DNA of 64,000 nucleotides, from the IMG/VR virus record IMGVR_UViG_2811995317_000003, positions 23,425-87,424 of that record; one strand, written 5' to 3'. Below are positions 27,617 through 36,038 of the stretch, piece after piece. Position numbers and translations under genes: made by a program. The notes beneath the pieces were generated by a model. The model was not told where the DNA came from. It worked only from the letters and a program-made list of their open reading frames with translations, and did no database searches. This DNA is from a virus (lineage: Duplodnaviria > Caudoviricetes). Each line of letters begins with the position of its first letter. Positions within the stretch are counted from its first letter, which is position 1.

Positions 27617-28324
27617 TTATCCGAACCGACGATAATCTATCGACTGACGAAGCAAGACCTTGGCTACCACGTGAAGCTGGTCTTCGTCAGCTTCTTCAAT
27701 ATGCCAGCGCTCGTATATCGGATTGTCAGATATGACAACTAGCTTGTCTTTCTGCATCTGCAGGCGTTTTACATGAAGGGTTCTGCCATAGACGAAAACA
27801 TAAATTCCGTCAGCATCAAAATGGTTAACGGACACATCAACGAAGATCTCGTCACCAGGATTGATAGTCCCCTCCATGCTGTCGCCACTAACAGTGATGA
27901 CTTTTATATGGTCTTGAGGCCTGCCATTAAATAAAGTTCTGGCGTGCTCAGTTGTGTACTCAATAGCCCTGACCTTCTCAATGAATTCATTGGAAATCAT
28001 AGTCCCCGGCCCAGCACTCGCTTGAACATCTAATACGTCCACTCGATAAGAGTCGGACACCTTAGAGGCGTGGTTAGGTGTGATACCGTCCTCTGTAGCG
28101 TACCCATGAAGGTAAGCAGCTGTAGTCCCCAGCACCGATGCTAGCAACTCCATCTTCTCCTTTCTTGGAACCGATTCGCCATTAAACCACTTACTTACGG
28201 CCTTCGGTGTGAGTTTCATTCTAGCAGCTAGATCAGCCTGCCTGCCATGTTGTGGAAGTCCCGCCTTATCACAGGCCAGCGCAAGCCTTAGCGAGAATTT
28301 TTCACGCTCATTTTGTTGAACCAT
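27617..28324 (-). CDS. cI: CI repressor, HK022-like (HTH plus S24 peptidase), 235 aa
   Basis: MVQQ.ERE.FS.RLALACDKAGLP N-terminus; ASAGPG cleavage site, GDSM and VKRL. Confidence 0.92.
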   Translation of the reverse strand: MVQQNEREKFSLRLALACDKAGLPQHGRQADLAARMKLTPKAVSKWFNGESVPRKEKMELLASVLGTTAAYLHGYATEDGITPNHASKVSDSYRVDVLDVQASAGPGTMISNEFIEKVRAIEYTTEHARTLFNGRPQDHIKVITVSGDSMEGTINPGDEIFVDVSVNHFDADGIYVFVYGRTLHVKRLQMQKDKLVVISDNPIYERWHIEEADEDQLHVVAKVLLRQSIDYRRFG

Positions 28325-28388
28325 CAGTTCAACTATATCTGTACTTGACTGTACTATCAGTTCCGTCATAATATGAACTACAAGTTCA
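28317..28388. promoter_or_regulatory. OR operators and pR
   Basis: TGAAC-CATCA-GTTCA 28317, TGTAC-TATCA-GTTCC 28350, TGAAC-TACAA-GTTCA 28374; TTGACT...CATAAT. Confidence 0.8.
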
Positions 28389-28403
28389 CCACTGGAGATG
28401 CAA

Positions 28404-28634
28404 ATGAACGAAGTTACGTTTGGACACGTCATTAAATCCGTTCGTGTGTCTGTTGTGGCTGAGGTTTGCGGACTTACGCCCAAGGCCATTTACAAATGGA
28501 TTGAGCGTGGTTCTCTGCCGCGTACCGAGTTTACAGGAGAAACCGAGTACGCGGACAAGATCGCCAAAGCATCAGGCGGCAAGTATTCAGCAGCACAGAT
28601 TCGCCGTATCGGTAAGCAGAAATTAGTCATGTAA
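28404..28634 (+). CDS. cro: Cro repressor, HK022-like
   Basis: Divergent from cI; CGLTPKAIYKW HTH, LPRTEFTGET. Confidence 0.88.
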   Translation: MNEVTFGHVIKSVRVSVVAEVCGLTPKAIYKWIERGSLPRTEFTGETEYADKIAKASGGKYSAAQIRRIGKQKLVM

Positions 28635-28640
28635 TAAAAA

Positions 28641-28655
28641 TGTACTTTTAGTACC
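28641..28655. promoter_or_regulatory. Extra operator downstream of cro (OFR-like)
   Basis: TGTAC-TTTTA-GTACC matches the operator consensus. Confidence 0.65.
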
Positions 28656-28715
28656 GAACGGCCCGGTATATGGTCGGGTGCCCGGCGTGGTCATGGATGA
28701 CTGTCAATGGTGCAC
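28652..28715 (+). ncRNA. putR: putR-like antiterminator RNA
   Basis: TACCG-AACGGCC-CGGTA-TATGGTCGG then GTGCCC-GGCG-TGGTCA-TGGA-TGAC-TGTC-AAT-GGTGCAC; same layout as putL. Confidence 0.78.
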
Positions 28716-28772
28716 GATAAAAAGAACAAACATTTATCAATTAACTATTTCACACCAAAGGAATTATCACAT

Positions 28773-29072
28773 ATGGAAAACTCAATTAATCGCAACAAGG
28801 CCAATGCCCAGCGCATTTTGTCCTGGTTGCTTAACCAAATCGCCATGAAAGGTGGCAACAACGTAGCTAAAGAGATCGGCGTCGATAAGGCACAGATAAC
28901 ACGCTGGAAAGAAACGTGGCTGCCGAAGATGGCAATGCTATTGGCAGTTCTGGAGTGGGGTGTCGTTGATGACGATATGGCGCGGCTGGCAAAGCAGGTT
29001 GCAGAGATTCTCACCAATAAAAAACGCCCGGCGGCAACCGAGCGTTATGACCAGATGAATATGAACTTCTAA
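28773..29072 (+). CDS. cII: CII-family transcriptional activator
   Basis: A.RI.S.LLN.IAM.G...VA..IGVDKAQI.RWK..WLPK.AMLLAVLEWG. Confidence 0.88.
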   Translation: MENSINRNKANAQRILSWLLNQIAMKGGNNVAKEIGVDKAQITRWKETWLPKMAMLLAVLEWGVVDDDMARLAKQVAEILTNKKRPAATERYDQMNMNF

Positions 29073-29089
29073 TAACTCAGAGGTGAATT

Positions 29090-29791
29090 ATGCCAGGAAT
29101 TATGATCTCAGGCAACAATGCCAAAATTGGCACTGATGAGCTTCTTTCCATTATCAATCAGGCCCGATTAGAGCATGGAGAAAAGCCAGTTCGTAACAAT
29201 GATTTTATCCCTCGGGTCAAGGATGAGCTTGAAGGGGAGCACTACGAAACTTTCGTAGTTCAAAATTCAAACGGCACAAAATCAGAAAACCTTGTGGTAT
29301 CCAACGACCAGGCAGTATTGATTGGCATGAGGGAGTCGAAGGCGGTTCGCCGAACTGTCCTCACAAAACTAAAGGAAAAGGAGCCTCCATTATTGCCTCA
29401 AACGCTGCCTGAGGCGTTGAGACTTGCAGCTGATTTAGCTGAAGAGAAAATTCAGTTAGAGAGTCAGTTAGCCATTGCCGCCCCGAAAGCACAATTCGTG
29501 GATAGCTACGTCAATGCATCTGGATCTCTCGGCTTCCGCGAGACCTGCAAATTACTCCACATCAAAGAAAACGCCTTCCGTCAGTTCCTGCTCGAAAGTG
29601 AAATCATGTACCTGCTTGCAGGCAAGCTAACGCCGTATGCGCAGCATATTGATGCTGGGCGTTTCACTGTGAAAACAGGCGAGAACCAGAATAACGGCCA
29701 CGCCTTCACCCAAAACAAATTCACGCCCAAGGGCATCCAGTGGATCGCCGGACTGTGGGCGGCACATCAAATCGGAGACAAGGCGGCATGA
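29090..29791 (+). CDS. Phage antirepressor with KilAC-type C-terminal domain
   Basis: LPQTLPEALRLAADLAE, APKAQFVD and FTPKGIQW. Confidence 0.8.
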   Translation: MPGIMISGNNAKIGTDELLSIINQARLEHGEKPVRNNDFIPRVKDELEGEHYETFVVQNSNGTKSENLVVSNDQAVLIGMRESKAVRRTVLTKLKEKEPPLLPQTLPEALRLAADLAEEKIQLESQLAIAAPKAQFVDSYVNASGSLGFRETCKLLHIKENAFRQFLLESEIMYLLAGKLTPYAQHIDAGRFTVKTGENQNNGHAFTQNKFTPKGIQWIAGLWAAHQIGDKAA

Positions 29792-30516
29792 GCAGAGCAG
29801 CAACGGACTGGGCGTGGGGCCTTGAACTAAAAGCATCACAAAAACTTCTGATGCTCTCTCTGGCAGACCGCGCTGACGAATCGCACTGCTGCTACCCGAG
29901 CATACAGCGCCTCGTTAAAGACACCGGCATGGACAGGAAGACCATCGGGAAGTGGGTCGGGCAGATGATTGACGATGGACTGATTACCGACACCGGAGAG
30001 CGTAAAGGTAAGACAAAACAGGTTCGCGTTTTGCGTCTCAATATCGAGGTTAAAGAAGCCCAAAAACGGAACAGTACCAAAAACGGTAACGATACCAAAT
30101 TTGGACACGAAACAAGCCCAAATTTGGACACGAAACGATCCCAAAATTGGGATACAGAATCAGTCATTGAACCCAACATAGAACCAACTCTCTCTGGGGG
30201 CGATGGTTTTGTGAGCGACGCAGCGAAGACAAGAATGGGCCTGCCGACTGGCAGCGGAATTCCTTTCCCGGCTCAATTCAAACCTTCTGCTGAGCATATC
30301 GCCATGGCCGCCGAGAAGGGGGTCAGCATCGAAACCGAGCTTCTGAACTTCCGTGACTACCACACAGCGCGAGGCACAACCCTGATTGACTGGAATTCAG
30401 CCTTCCGTGTCTGGATCCGAAACGCCCGCGTTAACCCCCTGGCATCAAAGCGCAGCCGCAGTGAGCCAGAAACCCCGCACTGGAATAGCCGTGAAGGCTG
30501 GGAGGACTTCCTGTGA
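29788..30516 (+). CDS. Replication initiator (O-like, N-terminal HTH)
   Basis: KLLMLSLADRAD...CYPSI; internal iterons; start at ATG 29788. Confidence 0.8.
   Translation: MSRAATDWAWGLELKASQKLLMLSLADRADESHCCYPSIQRLVKDTGMDRKTIGKWVGQMIDDGLITDTGERKGKTKQVRVLRLNIEVKEAQKRNSTKNGNDTKFGHETSPNLDTKRSQNWDTESVIEPNIEPTLSGGDGFVSDAAKTRMGLPTGSGIPFPAQFKPSAEHIAMAAEKGVSIETELLNFRDYHTARGTTLIDWNSAFRVWIRNARVNPLASKRSRSEPETPHWNSREGWEDFL
30060..30150. repeat. Replication origin iterons inside the initiator gene
   Basis: CCAAA-NNN/NN-GG units at 30060, 30077, 30095, 30118, 30141; CCAAATTTGGACACGAAAC exact twice. Confidence 0.75.
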
Positions 30517-31289
30517 CAATGCAACTGATGGCAGCAATTCAGAACCGTGACGGCGAGGCGTTTGCCCGGATGTCCGGTAGTTACGACCCCAAAAACGTTA
30601 TCAACATCGAGGCCGAGAACCTTGTCGACTCGCTCTTTCGCCAGCTGAAACAGATATTCCCGGCGGCATCTCAGACCAATCTCAAAACCGACGCTGACGA
30701 GAAGACCGCGAAACGCCAGTGGATCGCAGCATTCTCCGAAAACGGCATCCGAACCAGAGAGCAGCTGTCGGCTGGCGTTCGCCATGCCAGGGCAAGCGCA
30801 TCCCCGTTCTGGCCGTCTCCGGGGCAGTTCATCAAGTGGTGCAAAGACAGCAACTCAGTGCTGGGCGTGGGTATTGTGGATGTGATGAACGAGTTTCACC
30901 GCTACAGCCGCGAGAAGGGCGTTCATGTTGGTGGGGCTGAAAATTTCCCATGGACGCACCCGGTCATGTATTGGGTGGTGACCGACACCCGCCGGGCAAT
31001 GTACCAGCGCCAGCTCAGCGAAGTCGAGACCGAAAAGTACGCAGCTAAAAAGCTTGAAGAATGGGCTTTGAAGGTGGCATCAGGTGAGCAAATTCCTGCC
31101 CCGGTAGTCGCGCTCGAATATCACGAAGAGGTGATCCCAACGACTCACGAGAGCCGCAGAACAGGCTATCACCCGGAAGGGAAAAGCTTTGGCTGCATGC
31201 CAAATGCCGCATCACTGGGCGCGCTTACTCCGGCGCAATGGTTGTGGGAAGAGTATCGCAGGGGCGTTGAGCGGGGGCTTATTCGATGA
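30513..31289 (+). CDS. Replication protein P-like helicase loader
   Basis: LF.QLKQIFPA, KRQWIAAF.ENGIRT.EQ and FWPSPGQF. Confidence 0.8.
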   Translation: MTMQLMAAIQNRDGEAFARMSGSYDPKNVINIEAENLVDSLFRQLKQIFPAASQTNLKTDADEKTAKRQWIAAFSENGIRTREQLSAGVRHARASASPFWPSPGQFIKWCKDSNSVLGVGIVDVMNEFHRYSREKGVHVGGAENFPWTHPVMYWVVTDTRRAMYQRQLSEVETEKYAAKKLEEWALKVASGEQIPAPVVALEYHEEVIPTTHESRRTGYHPEGKSFGCMPNAASLGALTPAQWLWEEYRRGVERGLIR

Positions 31290-31585
31290 AAGGCAAACAG
31301 GCAATTCTGCGTTATCTCGAAACGCACCGGACCTTCACCGCGAAGGATGTGGCCACAGAGTGCGGCATGACCATCAACTGCATCACGAAGAACGCTATCG
31401 ATCTGGAGCGGGCCCGCAAGATTGTCCGCGTGAGCAAGCTCTGGCGAACGGTGACTTATCGCCTGGCGACGCCGGAAGAGCAGGACGGCACCGCGCGCAG
31501 CTGCACCAACGGAATATTTCAGGAGTGCCGCAACAGCGCGGCGATGAAGCGAGTATTGATGGTTTGGTGGAGGGTAGGGGTATGA
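31286..31585 (+). CDS. Winged-helix hypothetical protein
   Basis: ILRYLE..FTAKDVA HTH; coupled overlaps. Confidence 0.6.
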   Translation: MKGKQAILRYLETHRTFTAKDVATECGMTINCITKNAIDLERARKIVRVSKLWRTVTYRLATPEEQDGTARSCTNGIFQECRNSAAMKRVLMVWWRVGV

Positions 31586-32085
31586 AACAGAAATTTATCG
31601 AGTGGTTTACCAAGAACAACAACGGCTGCTCGCCAGCGATGGAAGACGACAGAAGCTTTGTGTACGAGATGACGCGGCACATGTTCGAAGCGTACCAGGC
31701 TGGCGTGGCTGAAGGTGAAGCCAGATGCGCGGCGCTGGCTGCGGAGAATGCGGGGCTGAAGTCGGTGTGTGAAGACCGTCGCACGTTCATCATGAATGGG
31801 GTGCAGCTGGGTTATATCCAGGTTCCGACAGTGGAAACAGACCCGGCACTTGAAACCATTCGCGTTGCTGTGTCACCACAAGAACCAACCCCTGCTACAG
31901 ATGCTTTCCTGGCTGAAGTGCGTGCGCAGGGCCTCAACGCTTTCATCCAGCATCGCAGTGCAGAACTGGATGCGCATATTAAAAACGGTGGTGAGCAGTT
32001 CGACGAAAAATCAGTACGCATCAGAGACATCATCGTCTCAGCCCGCTTGTTCAGGGAGCAGATTCGCAAGGAGGCCGCCAAATGA
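31582..32085 (+). CDS. Ea/Ead-like mosaic accessory protein
   Basis: ALAAENAGLK and TPATDAFLAEVRAQG modules; true start 31582. Confidence 0.7.
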   Translation: MKQKFIEWFTKNNNGCSPAMEDDRSFVYEMTRHMFEAYQAGVAEGEARCAALAAENAGLKSVCEDRRTFIMNGVQLGYIQVPTVETDPALETIRVAVSPQEPTPATDAFLAEVRAQGLNAFIQHRSAELDAHIKNGGEQFDEKSVRIRDIIVSARLFREQIRKEAAK

Positions 32086-32495
32086 GCAACATCGACAAAC
32101 GCGCATTACGTGAAGCGGCTGAACGTGCAGGACAAAATGACTGGGAGTACGTCTACACCAGCGACCTCAGCGCCCCAGGGCGGGGATATATCACAGTAGG
32201 CGGAGCAGAGGCTATCTACTGTCTGAATAAAGCCGCAGGGGGAGTGAAACAGTCTGAAAACGTTTTGAGATATATCGCCGCAGCCAACCCAGCCACCGTG
32301 CTGGCACTGCTAGATGAGCTGGAAGCCAAAGACAAGAGGATTGCTGAGCTGGAGGCGAAGCTCGATAGCGCAGATAAATTGCAAGATAGCGCATTTCGTC
32401 ATGGTCTTCAGCATGGCTTCAGTTTAGGTCAAACGGATAATCAGGCTGGATTTGAAGAGTGCTTATCTTCCTATGGAACCGGTAAAGGAGAGTGA
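32082..32495 (+). CDS. Ead/Ea22-like protein
   Basis: IDKRALREAA and YIAAANPATVLALLDELE. Confidence 0.8.
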   Translation: MSNIDKRALREAAERAGQNDWEYVYTSDLSAPGRGYITVGGAEAIYCLNKAAGGVKQSENVLRYIAAANPATVLALLDELEAKDKRIAELEAKLDSADKLQDSAFRHGLQHGFSLGQTDNQAGFEECLSSYGTGKGE

Positions 32496-32770
32496 ATGTG
32501 AAAAATTATCTCAGCAATTTAGCCAGCATGCTTCAGGGGATTGCAGGTGTCATTTCAGACGGCGAGCGGGTGCAGAAAGAGTGCCCTGCGCACTTAAAGT
32601 CAGCACTACTCGAGGCTTCTCACGCGCTAGATGGTCAATCGGTCAGGGTCAATTATCCGCCTAATGGAAAGCCTGAAATTGTTAATGCCCGCGGACACCA
32701 TCGACCGCTTACCTTCCGGGAACGAGTGGCAATCCGCTTACTTGGTGGCAGGACGGAGATTCGCCCATGA
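32492..32770 (+). CDS. Hypothetical phage protein
   Basis: GTG start, coupled overlaps. Confidence 0.6.
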   Translation: MNVKNYLSNLASMLQGIAGVISDGERVQKECPAHLKSALLEASHALDGQSVRVNYPPNGKPEIVNARGHHRPLTFRERVAIRLLGGRTEIRP

Positions 32771-33087
32771 GCACTATTACCAGAGAACTGGCAAAGCTGT
32801 TCAGAAAAATTACGAATTCTGAAATTGATGCGGAGGGTAACGCTCATGTTGTTTTATCTCCTGCTGATAGCCTCCTGATTAATAATGCGCGTATCGCGCT
32901 GGCATCGCTCGAAGCGGAGCCTGTGGCGTGGCTGCTGTCAGGCGGCGGCGCAAAAAACAACGTCAGCTTCGATAGTGGCAATGCTTATGCCGACCCGCTG
33001 CGAGAAGTAACGCCGCTTTACACCGCCTCGCCACCGCTGCTATCTGCATCACCTGTCATTCAGAGATCGATAACGGAAATGGATTGA
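32767..33087 (+). pseudogene. Eaa-like gene apparently truncated at a deletion junction near 33030
   Basis: IALASLEAEPVAW and PLYTA modules, then runs out of frame into a foreign remnant. Confidence 0.5.
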
Positions 33088-33176
33088 GCCGTGACGAACG
33101 CCGCCAGTTAATGGACCGCGCCATTGTACTGACCGTTATCCAGATTGCCCGTCGTGGCTTGGTGGTGCCCGCATGA
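33030..33176 (+). pseudogene. 3' remnant of a CxxCH (HNH/DUF1364-like) nin-region gene
   Basis: Startless frame ATAAICITCHSEIDNGNGLSRDERRQLMDRAIVLTVIQIARRGLVVPA* coupled by ATGA to rusA. Confidence 0.6.
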
Positions 33177-33532
33177 AAATCTACGACATAACACCAATCG
33201 GAAAGCCTCGCATGACCCGCGCGGATAAGTGGAAGCAGCGCCCACCTGTAATGCGTTATCGCGCTTTTTGCGATGAGGTCCGCCTGCGCAAGCTGACCAT
33301 GCATGAATCAGGATCACATGTGACATTCGTCCTACCAATGCCACCAAGCTGGAGTAAGAAGAAACGAGCGGAGTTCGCCGGGAAGCCCCACCAGGCCAAG
33401 CCAGACTGCGACAACATGCTGAAGGCCCTGATGGATGCGCTTTATGAGGATGATGCTCACATCTGGGATTGCCGCATCACAAAGGTCTGGGGAGAGAAGG
33501 GGCAGATCATCATCGGAGAGTGCGCGCCGTGA
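33173..33532 (+). CDS. rusA: RusA family Holliday junction resolvase
   Basis: KPDCDNMLKALMDAL..DDAHI. Confidence 0.9.
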   Translation: MKIYDITPIGKPRMTRADKWKQRPPVMRYRAFCDEVRLRKLTMHESGSHVTFVLPMPPSWSKKKRAEFAGKPHQAKPDCDNMLKALMDALYEDDAHIWDCRITKVWGEKGQIIIGECAP

Positions 33533-33639
33533 CCAGAGACGAGATAACCCGGTACCAGGCAGAAAGCGTTAAGCGCGCCAGCCTACCGCCAGTAGCAAAG
33601 CACAGCCAGACCAAACAACCTAAGAAGGAAGCAGCATGA
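33529..33639 (+). CDS. 36-aa ORF between rusA and Q
   Basis: GTGA and ATGA overlaps at both ends. Confidence 0.55.
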   Translation: MTRDEITRYQAESVKRASLPPVAKHSQTKQPKKEAA

Positions 33640-34259
33640 GAAAGCTCACACCAATTTACTCCATGGTCAACTTTGTCGATGACGCTCACTTCCGCCGTGT
33701 CTGGAAGCATCCCAAAAAGACCATAACCCCAAAGCAACGGGCATGGGTGCAGTACATGCTGACTGTGTGGGGTCGCATTAACCGTGGCGATGATTCTCCT
33801 GCCGGTGCCATTAACGTCATTGGCCGATTGATGATCCGCAGCCAATGGAGTCCTGATATGGGTGGACACATCGAGAGGATGGTCAACTGGCTTTATAGCG
33901 ATGAAGGAGGGGCGCTGAGAGGTGAGGCGCTTTATAAAAAAGCTCGCGAACTGGTTATCCCTCAGTCATCAGCCAGCAACATCATCGCTCTCGCCAAAGA
34001 ATCAGATGATGCCGCATTCGTAGAAAAAGTGATGGTTAAGCTGTTTCACCGGGAAAGCCCAGTCCGCGATTATGCAATTAAACGTTATTGTGAGCGCAAC
34101 TGCACTCAACATATCGCTCAGGCAATGAGCAGAGTAACCGGCGTGGATGTGCAGCAGTGCCGCCGCCGGGTCGTGTGGTGCGAGAAGGTTTTTGAATCAG
34201 AACTCTTTTATGCCTTACAACGTGAGATGGAGAAAGAAAACGAACTTCAGGCCACTTAA
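33636..34259 (+). CDS. Putative late antiterminator Q (non-lambda type)
   Basis: Position between rusA and the late promoter; C-terminal HTH-like region. Confidence 0.6.
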   Translation: MRKLTPIYSMVNFVDDAHFRRVWKHPKKTITPKQRAWVQYMLTVWGRINRGDDSPAGAINVIGRLMIRSQWSPDMGGHIERMVNWLYSDEGGALRGEALYKKARELVIPQSSASNIIALAKESDDAAFVEKVMVKLFHRESPVRDYAIKRYCERNCTQHIAQAMSRVTGVDVQQCRRRVVWCEKVFESELFYALQREMEKENELQAT

Positions 34260-34283
34260 TTAGAAAATATTTATCTGAAAGTG

Positions 34284-34311
34284 TTGATTTGGCGAAATGA
34301 AAGTGCATAAT
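34284..34311 (+). promoter_or_regulatory. Candidate late promoter pR'
   Basis: TTGATT-16bp-CATAAT just after Q. Confidence 0.5.
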
Positions 34312-34458
34312 TCAGTATATGCTCGGACGTCAAAGGCGAAAGAGCGCGGTGATGAAGTGCAAGATGACAGCGCTCATGAATCGGGGACATCGAAAGCCCA
34401 AAAGCTGAATTGTGTGGCGACAGCAAAAACGCGACTTGAGCCATCACCAATAATTTAG

Positions 34459-34486
34459 AGCCACTGGTTAACGCCGGTGGCTTTTT
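34459..34486 (+). terminator. tR'-like intrinsic terminator
   Basis: AGCCACTGG-TTAACG-CCGGTGGCT plus T-run. Confidence 0.8.
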
Positions 34487-34577
34487 CATTTCTGCATAAC
34501 GGAAATCGCTTTGAGTATGTGACGGCATCCCGGTGAGACCAGGTACATTTCCCTGGCGCGGCAAAGCGATCCCCGTT

Positions 34578-34645
34578 GTGGTGAATGTCCTGATGGCGTC
34601 GTAAAGCGATAGCCATGAATGCCGGATAGCAGCACCGGTCACCAC
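34578..34645 (+). ncRNA. C4-like structured RNA
   Basis: Outer GTGGTGA/TCACCAC stem, ATGGC/GCCAT arm, CCGG-ATAGCAGCA-CCGG arm. Confidence 0.55.
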
Positions 34646-34706
34646 ACCCAAACCCACTACCTGGGACCCTTCGGCCAGAGAGCCGACATTGCCTTACCCT
34701 CACATT

Positions 34707-34729
34707 GCCAGCCTGTCGCTGGCTTTTTT
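34707..34729 (+). terminator. Second late-leader terminator
   Basis: GCCAGC-CTGTC-GCTGGC plus T6. Confidence 0.8.
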
Positions 34730-34805
34730 ATTTGCGATGTCCGGTCGTTGTTTCCTGGCATCCTTCCACTCTACACAAACAGCACCCCGTTCTTTCGGAG
34801 GTGAT

Positions 34806-35123
34806 ATGGCTAAACGTATGCAAGATAAAGAAAGCATTGCCGGAGTGTCATGGTTGATTGTCCTTGCTCTGTCATGCTGGGGCGGCCTGGTCCGATACCT
34901 TATTGACGTTAAGCAGAACAAAGCCGCCTGGAGCTGGGTCAATGCGCTGGCGCAAATTGCAGTGTCCGGCTTTACCGGTCTTATTGGTGGCCTGATTAGC
35001 GTTGAAAGCGGGCTTAGCCTTTACATGATCCTGGTTACTTCTGGTATCAGCGGGGCGATGGGGTCCGTGGCACTGACGTACTTCTGGGAACGGCTGACGG
35101 GGATGAAGAATGCAAACCAGTGA
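34806..35123 (+). CDS. Holin with dual-start motif
   Basis: Three TM segments; M-A-K-R-M starts at 34806 and 34818. Confidence 0.8.
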   Translation: MAKRMQDKESIAGVSWLIVLALSCWGGLVRYLIDVKQNKAAWSWVNALAQIAVSGFTGLIGGLISVESGLSLYMILVTSGISGAMGSVALTYFWERLTGMKNANQ

Positions 35124-35553
35124 TAAATGCATTGCCATGATCAAGCAGTTCGAAGGCTGCAAACTCACAGCGTACCAGGACAGCGTCGGAGTGTGGACGA
35201 TCGGATACGGATGGACTCAGCCTGTCGACGGTAAACCGATCCGCGCAGGGATGACGATTAAGCAGGAAACGGCAGAGCGTTTGCTGAAGACAGGGCTGGT
35301 CAGTTACGAAAGCGATGTGTCCCGCCTGGTTAAAGTCGGGCTGACTCAGGGGCAATTCGATGCTCTGGTGTCGTTCACGTATAACCTCGGCGCCAGGTCA
35401 TTGTCGACATCGACTCTCCTGCGAAAACTCAACGCCGGTGATTACGCTGGCGCTGCCGATGAGTTCCTGCGCTGGAATAAAGCTGGTGGAAAAGTCCTGA
35501 ATGGGCTGACCCGTCGGCGTGAGGCGGAGCGCGATTTATTTCTTGGGCAATGA
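35110..35553 (+). CDS. Endolysin, GH24 lysozyme
   Basis: FEG..L.AYQD.VGVWTIGYG catalytic triad, FDALVSF.YN.G. Confidence 0.92.
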   Translation: MQTSDKCIAMIKQFEGCKLTAYQDSVGVWTIGYGWTQPVDGKPIRAGMTIKQETAERLLKTGLVSYESDVSRLVKVGLTQGQFDALVSFTYNLGARSLSTSTLLRKLNAGDYAGAADEFLRWNKAGGKVLNGLTRRREAERDLFLGQ

Positions 35554-36038
35554 GGTGTCTTGTGAAAGAACTTTCTGATTACCTTGAAATAAATAATAGA
35601 TCGCCAAGTGGTCTTGTATGGAAGAAATCGCCTGGCGCGAAGATTAATGCCGGAGACCCAGCATTTACGACAGTTACACGTTCAGGTTATTACGCTGGTA
35701 AGTTCTGCGGTGCGCGATTGTCAGCCCACGTGGTGGTTTTCTTCTTACATAATGGGTTTCTACCAAAAGGTGAGGTTGACCATATTGATGGGGATAGGAC
35801 CAACAATGATCCGAAAAACCTAAGAGATGTCAGCCGCTCTGTCAACGCGCAAAACAGGAAGAAAGCAAAGGGCTACAGCTTTCATAAGCGTATCAATAAG
35901 TATATTGCCACCATAAATGAACCTGGAACTGGTAAGCGTTTGCATCTCGGTTACTTTGAAAATGAGATTGATGCAAGGAACGCCTACCTTACTGCCAAAA
36001 GGTCATTACACATTGGTTACGTAGGAGAGCATTCGTGA
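35550..36038 (+). CDS. HNH homing endonuclease inside the lysis cassette
   Basis: [21 protein letters not shown]; AP2-like C-terminus. Confidence 0.8.
   Translation: MRCLVKELSDYLEINNRSPSGLVWKKSPGAKINAGDPAFTTVTRSGYYAGKFCGARLSAHVVVFFLHNGFLPKGEVDHIDGDRTNNDPKNLRDVSRSVNAQNRKKAKGYSFHKRINKYIATINEPGTGKRLHLGYFENEIDARNAYLTAKRSLHIGYVGEHS

Noticed and set aside
28760-28820. CII-binding pRE site (TTGC-N6-TTGC)
   Set aside because: Only an imperfect ATTG-N6-TTGC on the minus strand; not enough to call
31189-31581. N-terminal part of the 298-aa ORF
   Set aside because: It overlaps two better genes in other frames; the coupled start is at 31582
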